Origin: Lama glama
Taxonomy: Eukaryota
Direction of reading: 5' to 3'
DNA: 64,000 nt
Assembly (NCBI GenBank): GCA_028534125.1
Contig: CM052818.1
Coordinates: forward strand, 8,558,001 to 8,622,000
In this document: positions 1 to 14,275 of the stretch, in pieces
Position numbering within the stretch: position 1 is the first letter of the stretch
Layout of the letters: each line of letters begins with the position of its first letter
Position numbers and translations under genes: made by a program
The notes under the pieces: generated by a model
Databases searched by the model: none
What the model was told of the DNA's origin: nothing
Seen by the model: only the letters and a program-made list of their open reading frames with translations

Positions 1-227
1 ATTATATTTTGCATCTTCCCACCATCTTTAAAATATTTTCACAGAGTGATCGCTTTTGGTTAAAAATAAAAATTTAACTGGAGACAGTTATGGATTTTTG
101 CTGGCAGGGATTCAAATACTTATGTACCAGTATTTAGGAACAGCATTCAAACTGAGGAAGTGCAGAGACACACTTGAGCTGAGCGTACTTTGACAGGCCA
201 ATAACAACAACAAATAAAGATATGTAT

Positions 228-229
<2 letters not shown>

Positions 230-263
<34 letters not shown>
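230..263. repeat. (CA)n microsatellite
   Basis: About 17 CA units read directly. Confidence 0.97.
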
Positions 264-265
<2 letters not shown>

Positions 266-794
266 ATATAAATTTTCTGCTATACTATTCAACAGTATAA
301 AGGGTTTATATTTTTTAATGTAAAGATATTTGAGAGAAATAGCATTATAATCAATCACTGCTGTATCACGTGTGCAATACTGATCTTCCCAAATACTACT
401 TCCTACTTCCTTCATTGTTTTATAAAATTACCCATAATACTTCCTTTAATTTAGCATATTATTTACTACTTTTTCTTTCTAGTCCTATTTGAACAAGCCT
501 CACATGTAACTCACATAAATACTAATATTTCCATGTACATGGCTCCCTGGAAGTGAGGTTAGTAGGAAAAGAAAAAAGAGTACATCATTCATACCACTCC
601 CCAGTCCTCATAAACAATCATATTCTTCATTTTCTCTCAACACACTTTGGTAACTGCTGCAGTTTTGTGTTTGGATGATTACATTTGTTTTGTTTCTGAC
701 TGAAAGGTTCTCAAGGGATTTTCTGATATTCACAAAGCATTTATTGGGAGGAAGGCAAGGAAACAATACCATGGATAAAAAAATCAAATGAAGG

Positions 795-965
795 TAGACA
801 GATCTAGGTTCCTCTTCTTCTGGTTGTATCATCTAAGCCTCAAGATGTTCCTCATCTGTGAAACTAGAACTTCATAGGACCAATGTAAAGATCAGTTAAG
901 ATACTGCAAATAAAGTGCTTAGATCAGTGCCTGTCCTTCAGCAAATTTTTGAATAATGTTAGCAA
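795..965 (+). mobile_element. MIR SINE relic
   Basis: cctcatctgtgaaa...taaagtgcttagatcagtgcctg...aatgttagc matches the MIR core/3' consensus. Confidence 0.75.
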
Positions 966-1849
966 CCACCCCATGTACATGTATGAAGCTTCCAAAAGCT
1001 TTGTATAGTCTCCCTTTTAAATGTGAACAGACAACAAAGGTTCATCATAGGAAAGTTTCTAATGTTAAAGGCAACTGGCTAAAAGAAAGAAAAAAGGAAC
1101 TTGAAAGAAACTGAAGACATTATCACTAATATGCTTACAAATATAAAAGATATTGTACCCATGAAAAATATAAAAGGACTATTTAAAGAATAGTAAAGAA
1201 ACCTGGAAACGACGTCATTATTTTTCATTTAGGAAAGCAAAAATTGAAGAGTCTGACGATAAACTGGAGGAAATCTTCCAGATCTAGCATAAAATAGAGA
1301 TGTTAAATGGAAGAGAAAAGGATAAGAAATTTAGATTAAACTAGAGGTTTAAAATCTAATTCCCCAGGATGACAGTGAAAAAAGGTCCCAAAATGTCATC
1401 TATGCCACAGGCCCAGAAAGAAACCATTCCAAAGTGGGACAGGACACTGGTGGGCTCCAGGAGAAAAAGGAACAGATGAGTCGCCAATGTTTCAGTGTTT
1501 TGGGAGGGATACTGAGAGGCTGACAGAAAAATGTAGAAATAATAATGATAGATACACAGGGGAAAGGGGGAAAAAAAGAAATTTTTAACATAGGAAAGGC
1601 AAAAGAAAGGAACTATGACCATAACAACCATAGGGCTCAACTGCAAAAAAAGCTAAGTCAGAACAATGAATTCTGGTCTAGCTTTAGTAGAGCTGACTGA
1701 GGAAGATGGAGGATGGGGAAAGGAAGGGTAAGTGTACTTCAGGGAAGAGGTGGTAAGACAGCTAAATCCTCACCTACCTTATCAAGAAACTAGTAGATAA
1801 AGTTTAAAATCAAAATGGTTTAAAAAAAAGTTGAAAGTATGTTGTTGAA

Positions 1850-2220
1850 CAATGAAATACCACTTTACACTCATCAGGAAGGCTATAATCAAAAAGATGG
1901 ATAACAACTAGTACAGGTAAAGAGATGAAATCAGAACTCTCACACATTGCTAGTAGGATTGTAAATGGTACAGCTGCTGTGTGAAACAGTTTGGCAGTTC
2001 CTCAAAAGTTAAACATAGAGTTACCATTACAATCCAGTGATTTCACTCCTAGCTTTATACCCAAAAACTTGTACATGAATATTCACAGCAATATTATCTA
2101 TAATAGCTACAAAAATGGAAACAACTCAAATACCCATCAACTGATGAACAGATAGACAAAACGTAGTATATCCATATAATGGAGTATTAATCAGCCATAA
2201 AAAGGAACAACAGACTGATA
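1850..2220 (+). mobile_element. Old L1 (L1M) ORF2 end / 3'UTR fragment
   Basis: gtttggcagttcctcaaaagttaaacatagagttacca, aaacaactcaaatacccatcaactgatgaa and cagccataaaaaggaa are typical L1M 3' motifs. Confidence 0.85.
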
Positions 2221-2227
2221 TTTGTCT

Positions 2228-2665
2228 CGTATGTGGTGTCTTACGTTGACTGATCTGTGGCCACTGAACCATACTTGCATTCCTGGGATAAATTCCACTT
2301 GATCATGGGGTATGATCCTTTTAATTTATTGTTGAATTCATTTGCTAATAATTTTCTTGAGGATTTTTGTATGTATGTTCATCAGAGATATTGGCCTGTA
2401 ATTTTCCTTTTTTTTTTTTGATAGTCTCTTTATCTGATTTTGGTCTCAGGGTAATGCTGGCCTCACAGAATGAGTTTCAAAGCATTTGTTCCTCTGAAAC
2501 TTTTTTGAATAGTTGAGAATAGGTATTAACTCTTCTTTAAATGCTTGGTAGAACTCACCTATGAAGCTGTCTGGTCCTAGATTTCTGTTTGTTGGGAATT
2601 TAACTGCTGATTCCATTTTTTTTACTAGTGATCATTTGTTCAGATTTTGTATTTCTTCCTGATTA
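2228..2665 (-). mobile_element. L1 ORF2 fragment, antisense
   Basis: ttgcattcctgggataaattccacttgatcatgg...ttgaggatttttg...gtaatgctggcctcacagaatgag is the reverse complement of the L1 ORF2 RT region. Confidence 0.9.
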
Positions 2666-3519
2666 AAAAATTTTTCTTTTGTAATACACTTTCTAATTGG
2701 GAAAATGCTGGTGATGGAGAATACAGACTGGGAGGAGAATAATCTTACGTTCGGCAGCACCTTATAATGAGGCAGAGTAGCTAACTCCCAGAAAAACAGC
2801 CCCAAGGCTGAAGAAAATGCCCAGAACGGCTGTCTGCACAGTAAAACAGAAAATAATAGCACTTCTTGATGACTTTCAGGCACATAAATAACATCTGTCT
2901 ATCAGCAGTCTGGCCTACAGCTTAAAATAACCCAGTTCAATACAGTCTAGTCATGGCCAAAGAGAAACAAAACAGGACTGTGGCATTTTCAGCTGTAGCC
3001 CCAGCAAGAAACTGAGTATGTTACATAACCCAATAGTCCAGAGAAGTATGTATATTTCTAGGTCCAAAGATTAGCACAGGCCAGGAAGAACTAGTTCCCC
3101 TGGTACTAATGACCTACCTTATACATACTTCACTTACCAGGAAAGGAATTCTATTTTTCAAATACAAAGGAAATATCAGAATCTCTACCCCATATTATAC
3201 TCCCCCACAAAAGAATTATTATTTATTTTTTTATGCCTTACTGCTGCCTGGGGAATAAAACACAAACTCACTTAAAGGCTTCCTCAATTTGACCTCTACC
3301 CACCTTCTTATCTAATTTCTTACATGATATGCTACAAACAAATGAGATCAGTCATTGCCCTAAGAACATGACCTATGTTTTTCCTCTTGTGTCCTCCATG
3401 TTGCTAAATGTAATGGTCCTCATCTTATTTGATCTCTTAGCAACACTGACACTTGTCCATTTCTTCCTCTTTGCAGGCTTATCCTCCTTTTACCTGGCCA
3501 TGCAATACTGGAAAGTCTT

Positions 3520-4695
3520 CAAAAATTGGCCATACCCTTACCTTACACCATATACAAAAGTTAACTCAAAATAGATATAAACATAAGAGCTAAAACTACA
3601 AAACTCTTAGAGGAAAACATAAAGCAAAAGCTTCATGATATTAAATGTGGCAGTCATTTGGATATGACAAAAGCACAGACAACAAAAGTAGATAAAGCGG
3701 ACTTCATAAAAATTAAAAACTTTTATATATCAAAGGATACTATAAATAGTGAAAAGGCAACCCATAGAATGAGAGAAAATTACTGCAAATCATATATCTC
3801 TTAAGGGATTAATAGCCAGAATATATAACTCCTTTAACTCAACAACAACATACACAAACACACACAAAACCCAAAAGAAAAATGGACAAAGAACTTGAAT
3901 AGACATTTCTCCAAAGAAGATAACAGATGGCCAATAAGAATATGAAAAGATGCTTAGTATCATTATTCATTAGGGAAATCAAAATCAAAATGAAATACCA
4001 CTTCATACCCATAAAGATGATAATTATATATATATATATATGTGTATATATATATATATTCTTTCTTTCCATATATATATGGAAAGAAAGAAAGAAAATA
4101 ACAAATGTTAGTAAGGACATGGAGAAATCCGAACATTTGCGCATTGCTGGTCAAAATGTAAAATGGTGTAGCCGCTGTGGAAAATAGTGTGGTGGCTCCT
4201 CAAAAAGTTAAACACCATGTTCATAGCAGCATTATTCATAACAGCCAAAAGGTGGAAACAACCCAAGTGTCCACCAATGGATGAATGAGTAAACAAAATA
4301 TAGTATATACATACAATGGAATATTATTCAACCTTAAAATGAAACAAAATTCTGACACATACTATAATACAGAAGAATCTTGAGAACATATCTTAAATGC
4401 AAGAAGTCAGACACAAAAGGATTATATGATTTCACTCATATGATGCACCTAGAGTAGTCAAATTCATAGAGACAGAAAACAATGATGGTTGCGAGGGACT
4501 GGGAGGGGAGAAGAATGGGGAATTATTGTTTAATGAACACCAAGTTTCCATTTGGGAGAATGAAAAAGTTTCTAGAGATGGATGGTAGTGATGGTTGTAC
4601 AACATGAATATACCTAATGCCACTGAACTGTACACTTAAAATAACTAAAATTATAAATGTTAAGGTAAGTATATTTTACCACCATTAAAAGAAAA
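3520..4695 (+). mobile_element. L1M ORF2 3' part and 3'UTR (with internal (TA)n near 4025-4080)
   Basis: ccttacaccatatacaaaagttaactcaaaat...gaatagacatttctccaaagaagat...gcagcattattcataacagccaaaaggtggaaacaacccaagtgtcc...gccactgaactgtacacttaaa. Confidence 0.92.
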
Positions 4696-4844
4696 ATTAG
4701 TCCTAGATCCTGTCTCTGCTTCCTCTAGCCTATCTGTTGGCAACCTTACCCATGACCACAGCAAAAATGGCTAAGCCAAATTTATATTTCCTGCCCAGGC
4801 ACATCCCTCTGAGCTTCAGACTGACCTTAAGTTTTCCCTTAAAA

Positions 4845-5700
4845 TGAAATCAACTTCCACTTTAAGTAACTAGAAAAAGAAGAGCAAATTAAACACAAAG
4901 TAAACAGAAAAAAAGAAATAGTAAAGATGAAAGAGAAAAATCAATGAAAAGAAACAGAAATATAGAGAATATCAGGAAAACCAAAAAGGTCCTTTGAAAA
5001 GATAAATAAAATTGATGAACTATTGGAATGCTCAGGGAAAAAAAAAAGATGGCACAAATTACCAATATCCAGAATGAGAAATAATTACATATTAAAAGAT
5101 AAATGTTATGAGTAACTTTATGTCAATAAATTTGATAACAGATGAAATAAATTCCTTGAAAGCACAAAGCTCACTCAAGAAAAAAAATAATGTGAATAGT
5201 TCTCTATCTATTAAAGAAATTAATTTTGTAGTTTAAAGTCTTCCCACAAAGAAATCTCCAGGCCAGATGGCTTCACTGGTGAGTCTTACTAAACATTTAC
5301 AGAAAAAATGATACCAATTCCACACAAATACTTCTGTAAAAATGAACAAGAGGAAATACTACCCAACTCATTCAGTGCAGCCAACATTATCTTGATTCCA
5401 AAACGAAAGGCTTTATAAGAAAACAAAAACAAAAAACAACAGAACAATATCCCTCATGAACACAAATGTAAAAATACTAAGTAAAACTTTAACAAACTGA
5501 ATCTAACAAAATATTAGAAGGATAATAAATCATTACCAACTTGGGTCTATTCTAGGAAATGTAGGGTTGCCTTAACATTAAAAAAAATTAATCAATGTAA
5601 TTCACTACATGAGCAAACTAAAAAAGAAAAACCGTATGATAATCTCAATGGATACTTAGAAGAAGCATTTGACAAGATCCAACATCCATTCCTGATAAAT
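4845..5700 (+). mobile_element. L1 ORF2 internal fragment
   Basis: aactagaaaaagaagagcaaattaaac...ccaggccagatggcttcactggtgag...gaagcatttgacaagatccaacatccattcctgataaa. Confidence 0.9.
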
Positions 5701-6959
5701 GCTGAAACGCAATTTTTATGATGCCTTTTTAGAGTATGTATCTCTTATAATAGACCTTATTAATATGTTTACTGTTTAAAACCAACACACTTAAGATCAA
5801 TTTTCCAACATTTCTAGAACGTTTATGATGCACATTTAACCTCTAAATCAGGAGTGAGGAATTATATCTTATTTCCTTTATCTACAGATTCTTAAATAGT
5901 GAGTCTATTATATAAAATTGTAAGTAACTTTTGTTGACATCTGACAATGTTTATTGCCTACATATGCATTTTCTTCTATTTTACAAATGTTTAAAATATG
6001 TGTATTTTTATATTAATATATATACCTTTCCTTCATTTTCTAAGTCACCCACACTCATTATAACACAAACCTAACTGTAATCATACTATGCACAAATTTG
6101 TGTCCTAGCTTTTCACCAAAAGATTTGCCGTAAGTTGTATGTTCTTCTAAGATGCTATACAGAATCATTTAAATATATTTTTATTCCTGTGAAATCATAC
6201 ATATAAGAATAAAAATATAGAAAATGCTAAATAAAAATACCATTTTCATTTCTTGAATCATCTACTGGCTTCTTACTGAAAGGTGTATGCCTGTGTGTCC
6301 CAGTATTGCTTCTTTTCCGATCCTTGATGTCCTAACCTCTACCTCCATAACATCATTTTCACATTTTCAAGATTTGTACCCTTACATTGTGTACTATTAT
6401 AAATAAGTCTTTTGTGTTTTGGCTAAGAGTTACCTTATAAATAGAAAACAGGTATCTAGGGCCTACAATATCAAATATATAATTTTTTCTCAGAATCAAA
6501 CAGCATTTGGACATGTAGACATACTGCCAAATGTATACCACTGGAAGCAAAAAAAAAAAACAGGATTAATAAGACGGGTGAGAAAGAAACAAGTGGAACA
6601 CATTCTGTTTTATTGAATATATAATGTGTTTTTTTACCTTCTGAGAGTAATGAGCTTCTTGATCATAAGGAACAGTTATTCTTAAGACAATCTTCTTCAA
6701 CCTTCAAACCTCCTGTTCTAATTTGGAACATTTGCTTTCTAACAATACCTGCTCTACAGGTGTCAACCTAGAATTATCATTTTGTTTTGTTTTGGGGGTG
6801 TGTGTGTTGTGTGTTTGAAAGAGGGGGAATTCTGAGGTTTATACACAAGGTTTGCTCGGAACCCAGGACTTTCTATTTCTTGAGTTGTTGTTGTATTGTG
6901 TTGTTGCTGTTGTTTTTACATTGGAGTGTATCCTCAAGTAATTCTTTTTATTTCATTAC

Positions 6960-7460
6960 TCACAATCCACTTAAGAAAACAGAAACTCTACTAGATTATA
7001 CTCACAACAGTAATTTACAGTACAAAATGGTTTAAACACGTGATAATGAACTAAAAGAACAAAAAGGTAACCCAGAGGTAATAACTGCAGTAAGCAGCTA
7101 CCACTCCTAGGGCTGCAGGAACAAGCGGTAAGAGGTTGGTGTTATCAAAACCAAGAGCTTGGAGGAGCCAGTGGGCACAGCCCAGCTGCTGCAGGTAACT
7201 CAAAAGTATCAAAATAAGGACAGCTCTAGCAATATCAAAAGAAGCTGGAGGATGGAGTCCACTGTTACTGCTGAGGTAACAATGCCCAGAATACCAAGAA
7301 AGGTTAAGAAGTCTCTTCTCCTCTCTTCTTGTCTCTCTCCTCATGGTAGAGACGAATAGCAACCTAGCTAACAACATAGTCTGAGAAACATAATTTGCAA
7401 AATCCCTGCCCCAGAATCAGAGTAGAATATAGAAAGGTGTATTTGGGGTTGGAAGAACTT
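6960..7460. mobile_element. Degenerate ERVL-type LTR (LTR33/LTR41-like)
   Basis: gcagctaccactcctagggctgcagg...ggttggtgttatcaaaacc resembles recalled ERVL LTR33/41 motifs; family uncertain. Confidence 0.4.
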
Positions 7461-9659
7461 TAAAAAATCAGCATAGTCCTTAATTCTAAAGCTTGGAAGG
7501 ATAGAGAATTCTAGATTCAAAATCATTTTCCCTTATAACTTTGAAGTCATCTGTTCCCTTTCCTTCTATCATGCAGTGTTACTCATCAGAAGTCTAATTC
7601 TTGCTCTGGTTATCTACATAATCTACTAGATGAGGAACATGTTTCACCACCTATACATACCAATTTAAGAATCAACAATTTACTCTTTTTGGTACTAAAA
7701 TAAATGACAATAATTAATATATAATATAAAAATAAACTTTAATAAAAACAAAATCGTACTGTAGTACTACTTTGCAATTGTCTTCTGTTCATCTAACATT
7801 TCATGAACTTGTAAAATATAGTTAAGTATTCTTCTACATTTTAATGGCCACAAAGTATTCCCTTCTATGGATGGCAGCACAATTTAACCGTACCCCAACT
7901 GGAAACATTAATGTCACTCAAGTTTTTTATTATTACAAATAAGTCAAAATAAACTTCTTTATAGACGAATATTTGCACAAGCCCATGAGGATGCTTTTAG
8001 AATACACCTCTAGAAGTAGAACTGCAGGGTCAAAGCATATTATTAAGGCTTTTGATACATACTGCCAAACCTCCATTCACAAAGGTGATACTAATTTATA
8101 TTTCCATAAGCAGAAGAATCAAAATTATCCCACACTACAGCAAGTAGCAAGTATTTTCATTTTTTTATAAATATGAAGAAAATTATAAAATCTTACTGAA
8201 GCACATAAAACAAATTTAGACAAATGGAAAGACACATCACAGCCTTAAGTCTGCACTTTATTACAGAAGACTAAAGAACACAAAGGTCCACCTACTATAA
8301 AACAAGTAGATTCTGGAAAAAAAATAATAGCGCTTTAAACATATTGCTGGGCTCCCTAAAAGTAAGGTAAGGGAATTCTCTAAGGACCACACCCTAGCTT
8401 TCCCCCAATGGTTAAAAAAAAAGGTGATGGGTAAGGGATACAAACCATAAGTCTAGCTAATATGGAAGCTGGGAGCTCTGATCTATAAGTGAACTGAAAG
8501 AAAAGTGTGCCTTGAGGGCAAATGTCAATACCAGCGCTGTAGCTGGGATGCTAAGGTTAAAGCCAGAAGCAAGTGGTAGAGCTGAAACCGATGCTCCTAC
8601 ATTGAGCCTGGCTCTTTAGAAGAGGGCTAAAGGAGCCCCTAGTCAGCAGCACTGCCAGATTCCAGGAAAGATCTTTAGAGGAAAAAATTCCCAACTTAGG
8701 TCCCTCAGGAGTCCCATAGGCCAAGGGAAAAAATATACACGTTCACACAAAGAACAGTAAGCAATTGACATGGCAAGCTAAATTCAGACACCTCCTCCCC
8801 CCAGTAAGAAAACAATTATTTTAAGGTGTCCATATATTTTATTAAAAGCATATAGGACATTCATTTAAATTGTATAGGTGTATATGCATAATGAGTTAAA
8901 TTCAAGAATGATCACCACTAGGTTAATGGTGGTATCTTCAGAAGATCTTCAATTTCTCCTTATACTATTACAGAATGTTTGAATTTTTATAATATGTATT
9001 ATTTATGTAGTCATTTAAAAATCTATTTTAATTATAAGGGGGGAAATTTCAGTATTACTACCCATTTCTATTTCCTCTTTGATGAAAAACTCATGCCCTT
9101 TGCCTATTTTTCTAATATCATGGTAATCTTTCTTATTGACATATTTTCCCCAGTTTACTGATTACCTTTCAATTTGGTTTATAGTGCTCTAATACTAAAA
9201 ATCTGTAAATTATTAACTAGTTAAACATATCAATACTTTCTTTTATGGTTTCTACTCTGATGAATCTTTAACTTCAATCTCTCTTTTCTTTCTCCATTCA
9301 ATACTTAACATCATAAAACAGAAGCAAGAATATTGAAGGAGATTTTAGAAGAGTAAAGAAATAGCTATAGTGTTCTCCACTGATGACCTTTGCTAGAAAA
9401 TTTGTTCTCCATGTCTTCTTCAATTCCTACTCATTTGTGCTCAATAACTACATGCTGACAAATTCTCTCTGTGGACCTGAAAATGCTCACAATACTGTGT
9501 ATATAAAGTAAGTTTACTTTTGCAATTATAAAGCAATTCAAGTACTACTAGATTAATCTAGATCAGGAACACTGTTCTCATAACAAGCTGATTAATCAGA
9601 CATCTTCATAAATGGTGTCATGGGTAAGCAGGAGGTCTGGCTAAAAAATCATCAGAGAA

Positions 9660-12600
9660 CTAGGCTTCTACTTCTGGAAAGACAGAGCAGACAATTCTCC
9701 CTATTCCTCCTACTGGGTACAACTGAAAACACCAGACCTTATATATAAAACAACATAAGAAGACTGAAGAATAAAGAGAAGGCGGCAGACCTGCAAGAAA
9801 CTCAGCCTCAAACGTCCTAGACTTGGAGCTGAAGAAACCAATAACCCCAAAATATCAATGGGTTCACACACAGAGGGCCCCAGCTAAAGTTAAAGGACCA
9901 GGAAAGGGGCGGTCTGGCAAGATCAAAAGCTTCTGGACAATTACCACTCTACATCAGTCGAACACCACAGAAAAGCTGTGCCCTCACCCACACCTAATAC
10001 CAGTAAAGGCCAAGTGGCGTGCCTAGACTTCCACCTACATGAGATTTTAGCAAGGTACCCACTGGAGTGGTGTCAAAGGAGGTCAAGTAGAAAGCCAGGA
10101 CTTTCAGATCTACCAGCCAGTGTCAAGGCTTCATCCATCTGCAGTGTCAATGGAAATCATGTGTGTAACCTGGACTCATTCCCATCCAACAGTAATGAGG
10201 TTCTTTATCGACCTCTGTTGACACCCGAGTGGGACAGGGGGTTTCTCTCTGTTACTGGATAGGGTTGGGAGTTCTCAATACTGATGGGTGATGATGAAAG
10301 TTCTGACTTTCCACTCCGCCTGCTCTGACACCAACTTAGTGGGGAGAGGGAGGAGTGTCTTACTGTCGGGAGGGGGTGATAAATTATGTGTATATAATGT
10401 ATTAACTAGAGCAGCCACTAAAAAAAGAAAAAAAAAATTTTAAAGCTGTAACAAAGAGGTATACTCAAATACACTATAACACCAGAAATTGACACAACAT
10501 TGTAAACTTACTATACTTCAATTTAAAAACGTAAAAATAAATAAACAAAACACTATAGATAAATTAAAATGGAATTCCTAAAAGTGTTAAAGAAACCCAT
10601 AGTCAAGAAGGAAAAACAGAAATGAAAAAGAGAAAACAAAAACCAAAACAGCAGATATCAGCCCTAACATATTAATACTTACATGTAAAGTAAATGGTTT
10701 AAATGCAAAAATTAAAAGATAGACACTACAGAGTGGGTTAAAAATATGGCCCAACCACAGACCGTCTACAAGAAACTCAATTCAAATGCAACAATATAAG
10801 CAAACCAAAAGTAAAACAGATGGGAAAAGACTTATAAAGCAAACATTAATCAAAGGAAAGACTATTAATATTAGAAAAGGAGATTTCAGAGCACACAAAA
10901 TTACCAGACAGAGACAGGGAAAATATGTAAAATTAGAAGGTAAACCAAAACGAGGCATATAATCCTAAATATGTATACTTCAAAAAATCAAGCTGCTAAA
11001 CATGTGAGACAAAAACTGATAGAAATGAAAATAAACAAACCTACAATTATAAAACCACACTGAATGCTAAAACTAGTGGATAGAAGTTTGATAAGGAATA
11101 GGATATTTACATGCACACACATATGCTGATTATGATATAGTGGGTACACAGCATCACTTTGGTACTCCTGCCAAATATTCATAATCTGAACCTAATCAAG
11201 GAAACAACAGGCAAACCCAAACTCAGCAACATTCTTCATAAAAATCATGAAAAACAGAAAACCTGAAGAACTCTATTAGATTAGAGGAGAGTAAGAAGAT
11301 GTGAGAAGAGTAAATGTAATGTATGGGCTGTGGAAATTCTTTTGCTATAAACAGAATTATTGAGATAACTGAGAAATCTGAATTAGTCCTACAGATTAAG
11401 TGTTGTTTCAATATTAATTTCCTGATTTGGTAAACCGAACTATGGCTATGTAAGAAAATGACTTTGTTTTTTAGGAAAAACACACTTCAGTATTTATGGG
11501 TAAAGTGGCATCAAGGTTAATGTTAAGGGGTAAAAAAATGGCATACAGAGAGAGAGTAAGAGCATATATGATAAAATGTTACTACCAGGGAATGTGGGTG
11601 AAAGGTATATGGGAATTAATTCTTTACACTACTTTGCAACTTTTCTGTAAGTTTGAAGTTATTTCAAAATAAAGGCTCCTTTTAGAAAAAGAAATAATGT
11701 TGCAATAATATACTACCTGTCAGAACCTTAGTACCAAAGGCAGTAACAATACCAAAAGGTTATTTTATAAATATTTGTATGTCCCAACCCGTATAAATAC
11801 ATAACTGAATAAAAAAATGAGAAAGATCAAATCTGCCTTACAGAAGAATTCCAAATAATAAAAATAAGAGGAATAAGGGAAATAGAAGTCATCACTATAA
11901 CACTGTAATAACTGCCGCAGGCAAAACCTACTAATGAATCGATAATCAGTGGTTGACACTTTCAAAGAAACAGGATATTTACATAACCTCAAAGCATCTC
12001 CCCTCCAAAATGTATTAATTCTGCGGTGGTTTTAACATATGTCTGCAAATTCTCTGATATCCCTCCTTCCAGGAAATGGAACTCAATTCTTCTCCCCATG
12101 AGTGTATACTGGACTTGGTGACTGGCTGCTAGTGAACAGAGTATGGAAAGGGATAAATAGTAACTTAACAGTGGAGCAATCTGGCGGACTCTACCTTAAC
12201 AAAATGATCAAGGTGAACATCACCAGTAATAAGCCACGCTGATTTCACGTGCCATCTGATACGATGTGATGAGGGCACTTTACCCCTCTGGTATCTTCCC
12301 AAAATCCATAACCCCTGCCTAATCATTAGAAAAACGTCAAACTCAATTTGAAGAACATTCTACAAAATACCTAAGCAACACTCTTCAAAACTATCAAGGT
12401 CACGAAAAGCAAGGGAAGACTGATAAACTGTCATAGATTGAAGACAGAGGAGATGCAACAACTAAATGCAATGTGGTATCCTGAATTCCCCTCAAACAGA
12501 AAAGGGCTCTTAGTGGAAAACTGGTGAAATCCGAGTAAGTCTGTAGTCTGGCCTAATAGCACTGTACTAATGTTAATCTCTGAGTTTTCATAAACGGTCA

Positions 12601-12725
12601 TGGTAAATTTATTTACCCTAATTTCACCCAAAGGAATCTGGGTAAAAAGTATATAAGAACTCTCTATACTATCTTTGCAACTCTTCCATAACTATATAAT
12701 AATTTCAATAAAAAGTTTTAAAAGT
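9660..12725 (+). mobile_element. Fragmented old L1 (L1MC/L1MD-like): 5' region, ORF2 start and 3'UTR pieces
   Basis: gtaaatggtttaaatgcaaaaattaaaagatagac...ctacaagaaactcaattcaaa (ORF2 endonuclease start); caactaaatgcaatgtggtatcctg and ctctatactatctttgcaactctt...aataaaa (L1MC-type 3' end). Confidence 0.8.
10479..10549 (+). mobile_element. Short 5'-truncated young L1 3' tail with TSD
   Basis: acaccagaaattgacacaacattgtaaacttactatacttcaat + A-rich tail, flanked by acactata at 10471-10478 and 10550-10557. Confidence 0.75.
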
Positions 12726-13140
12726 AATGAATTAACCAATTTTTAAAAGATTATTTTATAAATTAGAGTACTCTTCAAATTAAAGCTGAACCATTAAACT
12801 CAATTTCTAAATCCACTTATTGCATGAATAAACTCAGTTTCAATTAAGTTACTTTGCGATAGAGTATATTACTACATGCCCTTTGCATTTAATGATTTTT
12901 GGAGGAGGACAGAAAAGAATGAAAGATAACATGTGAGGGAAACTACGCAGGTTGGTTGGAGAAGACTAGTAAAATAGAATAAAGATAAATTTAAAAGATT
13001 AAAATGAGCATACTAACAGTATCCTATAAACAAAGGGGAAATCTGGAAGGTTCATTTAAGAAGGATAACAATAGCAATAATATAGACAAAGGACCAAAAT
13101 GGGTGAGGAAAGTGTTAAGAGCTATCACAAAAGTCTATAT

Positions 13141-13607
13141 CACAGGTTCCCAAACTTTCTGGGTTTATAAGGTCCTTAATGTGTCGGTCATTTTTTCACA
13201 AGCCAAAGAAAGACCTAATCATTCTGTCCATTAAGTAGTCAGGTCCAAACAACTTAAGAAGGATGTATGTCCTAACAACTTAGCACCTGTGTTTAGTGCT
13301 GCACAACTTCTCAAACCTGAGGATTATACTGGACACAACCTTCCTCTTTTCCTGTTTCATATAGATTTTCACGTGGTACTTGTTTTTTGTCACAGCAACT
13401 ACCTGAAACTCAGCTTTGTTAAAATATCGTTATCATTAAAAGAAATATATCAGTCTAATTTTGAAAATGACCTACCTCAAGCTAGCAGTTTGTGTGGTTT
13501 CCAACGGATGTTGCTGTACTTCCCTCAACATTTTTAAGCATCTCTAGTCACACCTGTGAGTTCTCTGTAGCACTTTCTAGGCTCACTGATGCAGTTTGAG
13601 AACCATG
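13141..13607. mobile_element. hAT-Charlie non-autonomous DNA transposon (MER119-like)
   Basis: Imperfect TIRs cacaggttcccaaact / agtttgagaaccatg; internal gtccaaacaactta...gtcctaacaacttag. Confidence 0.65.
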
Positions 13608-14094
13608 CACCTTAGCAAAAGATGATAAAAGATGCCACCAAGGCAGATGCAACAGAAAAACTGGAGTGAGCATTAAGGTACATTTCAGAGGGAAAAAAAA
13701 AATCAGCAGCCCTGGAGATGTTACCTGGAAGTATAATAACAGCGCAAGTACTTAAGAAGTAGCAAAACTTCTCTTTAAAAAGAAAAAGAACTATCTTTAG
13801 CTATCCCCAGCAGTCCTTGCTTCTATGAAAGAGGACTATTTTGTCTTCTTTTTAATGAATGAATGAACCTGTTCAAATGTTTCTATTAATTTGACAGCAT
13901 TACATATGACATAGCTAAAGTACCTTGCTCTCACTTTTGCGCGCACACACACACACAAATACAAAACAGCTAAATTAAAGGAAGAAAATTCAATGCAAAT
14001 TTTCAACTCAAAATTTCCCAAGTACCAACAAGAACTATAACCTACTACCTGTCAAAGCTTTACTTCAGACAGATATTTGAGAAAGAATCAAATG

Positions 14095-14265
14095 TGGCAG
14101 TTCTAAAACCTGACCTGAAGATCTTAAGCACTTGAGGAACTTCTAAAAGACAGATTTGCCAGCACCATTCCAGACCTACAAAATCAGGACTACTTAATGA
14201 CCATAGAAATTTCCATATTTACAGAGTACTCCAGTGATTCTGAGATCAGCCAGGTTTGAGAGGAA
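14095..14265. mobile_element. MER5-type hAT relic
   Basis: ccagacctacaaaatcag...ccagtgattctgagatcagccaggtttgag. Confidence 0.55.
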
Positions 14266-14275
14266 ATCGCTAAAA

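Noticed and set aside
3329..4635. ORFs with L1-like peptides (e.g. MKRCLVSLFIREIKIK...)
   Set aside because: Fragments of decayed L1 ORF2/3'UTR; no intact retrotransposon ORF.
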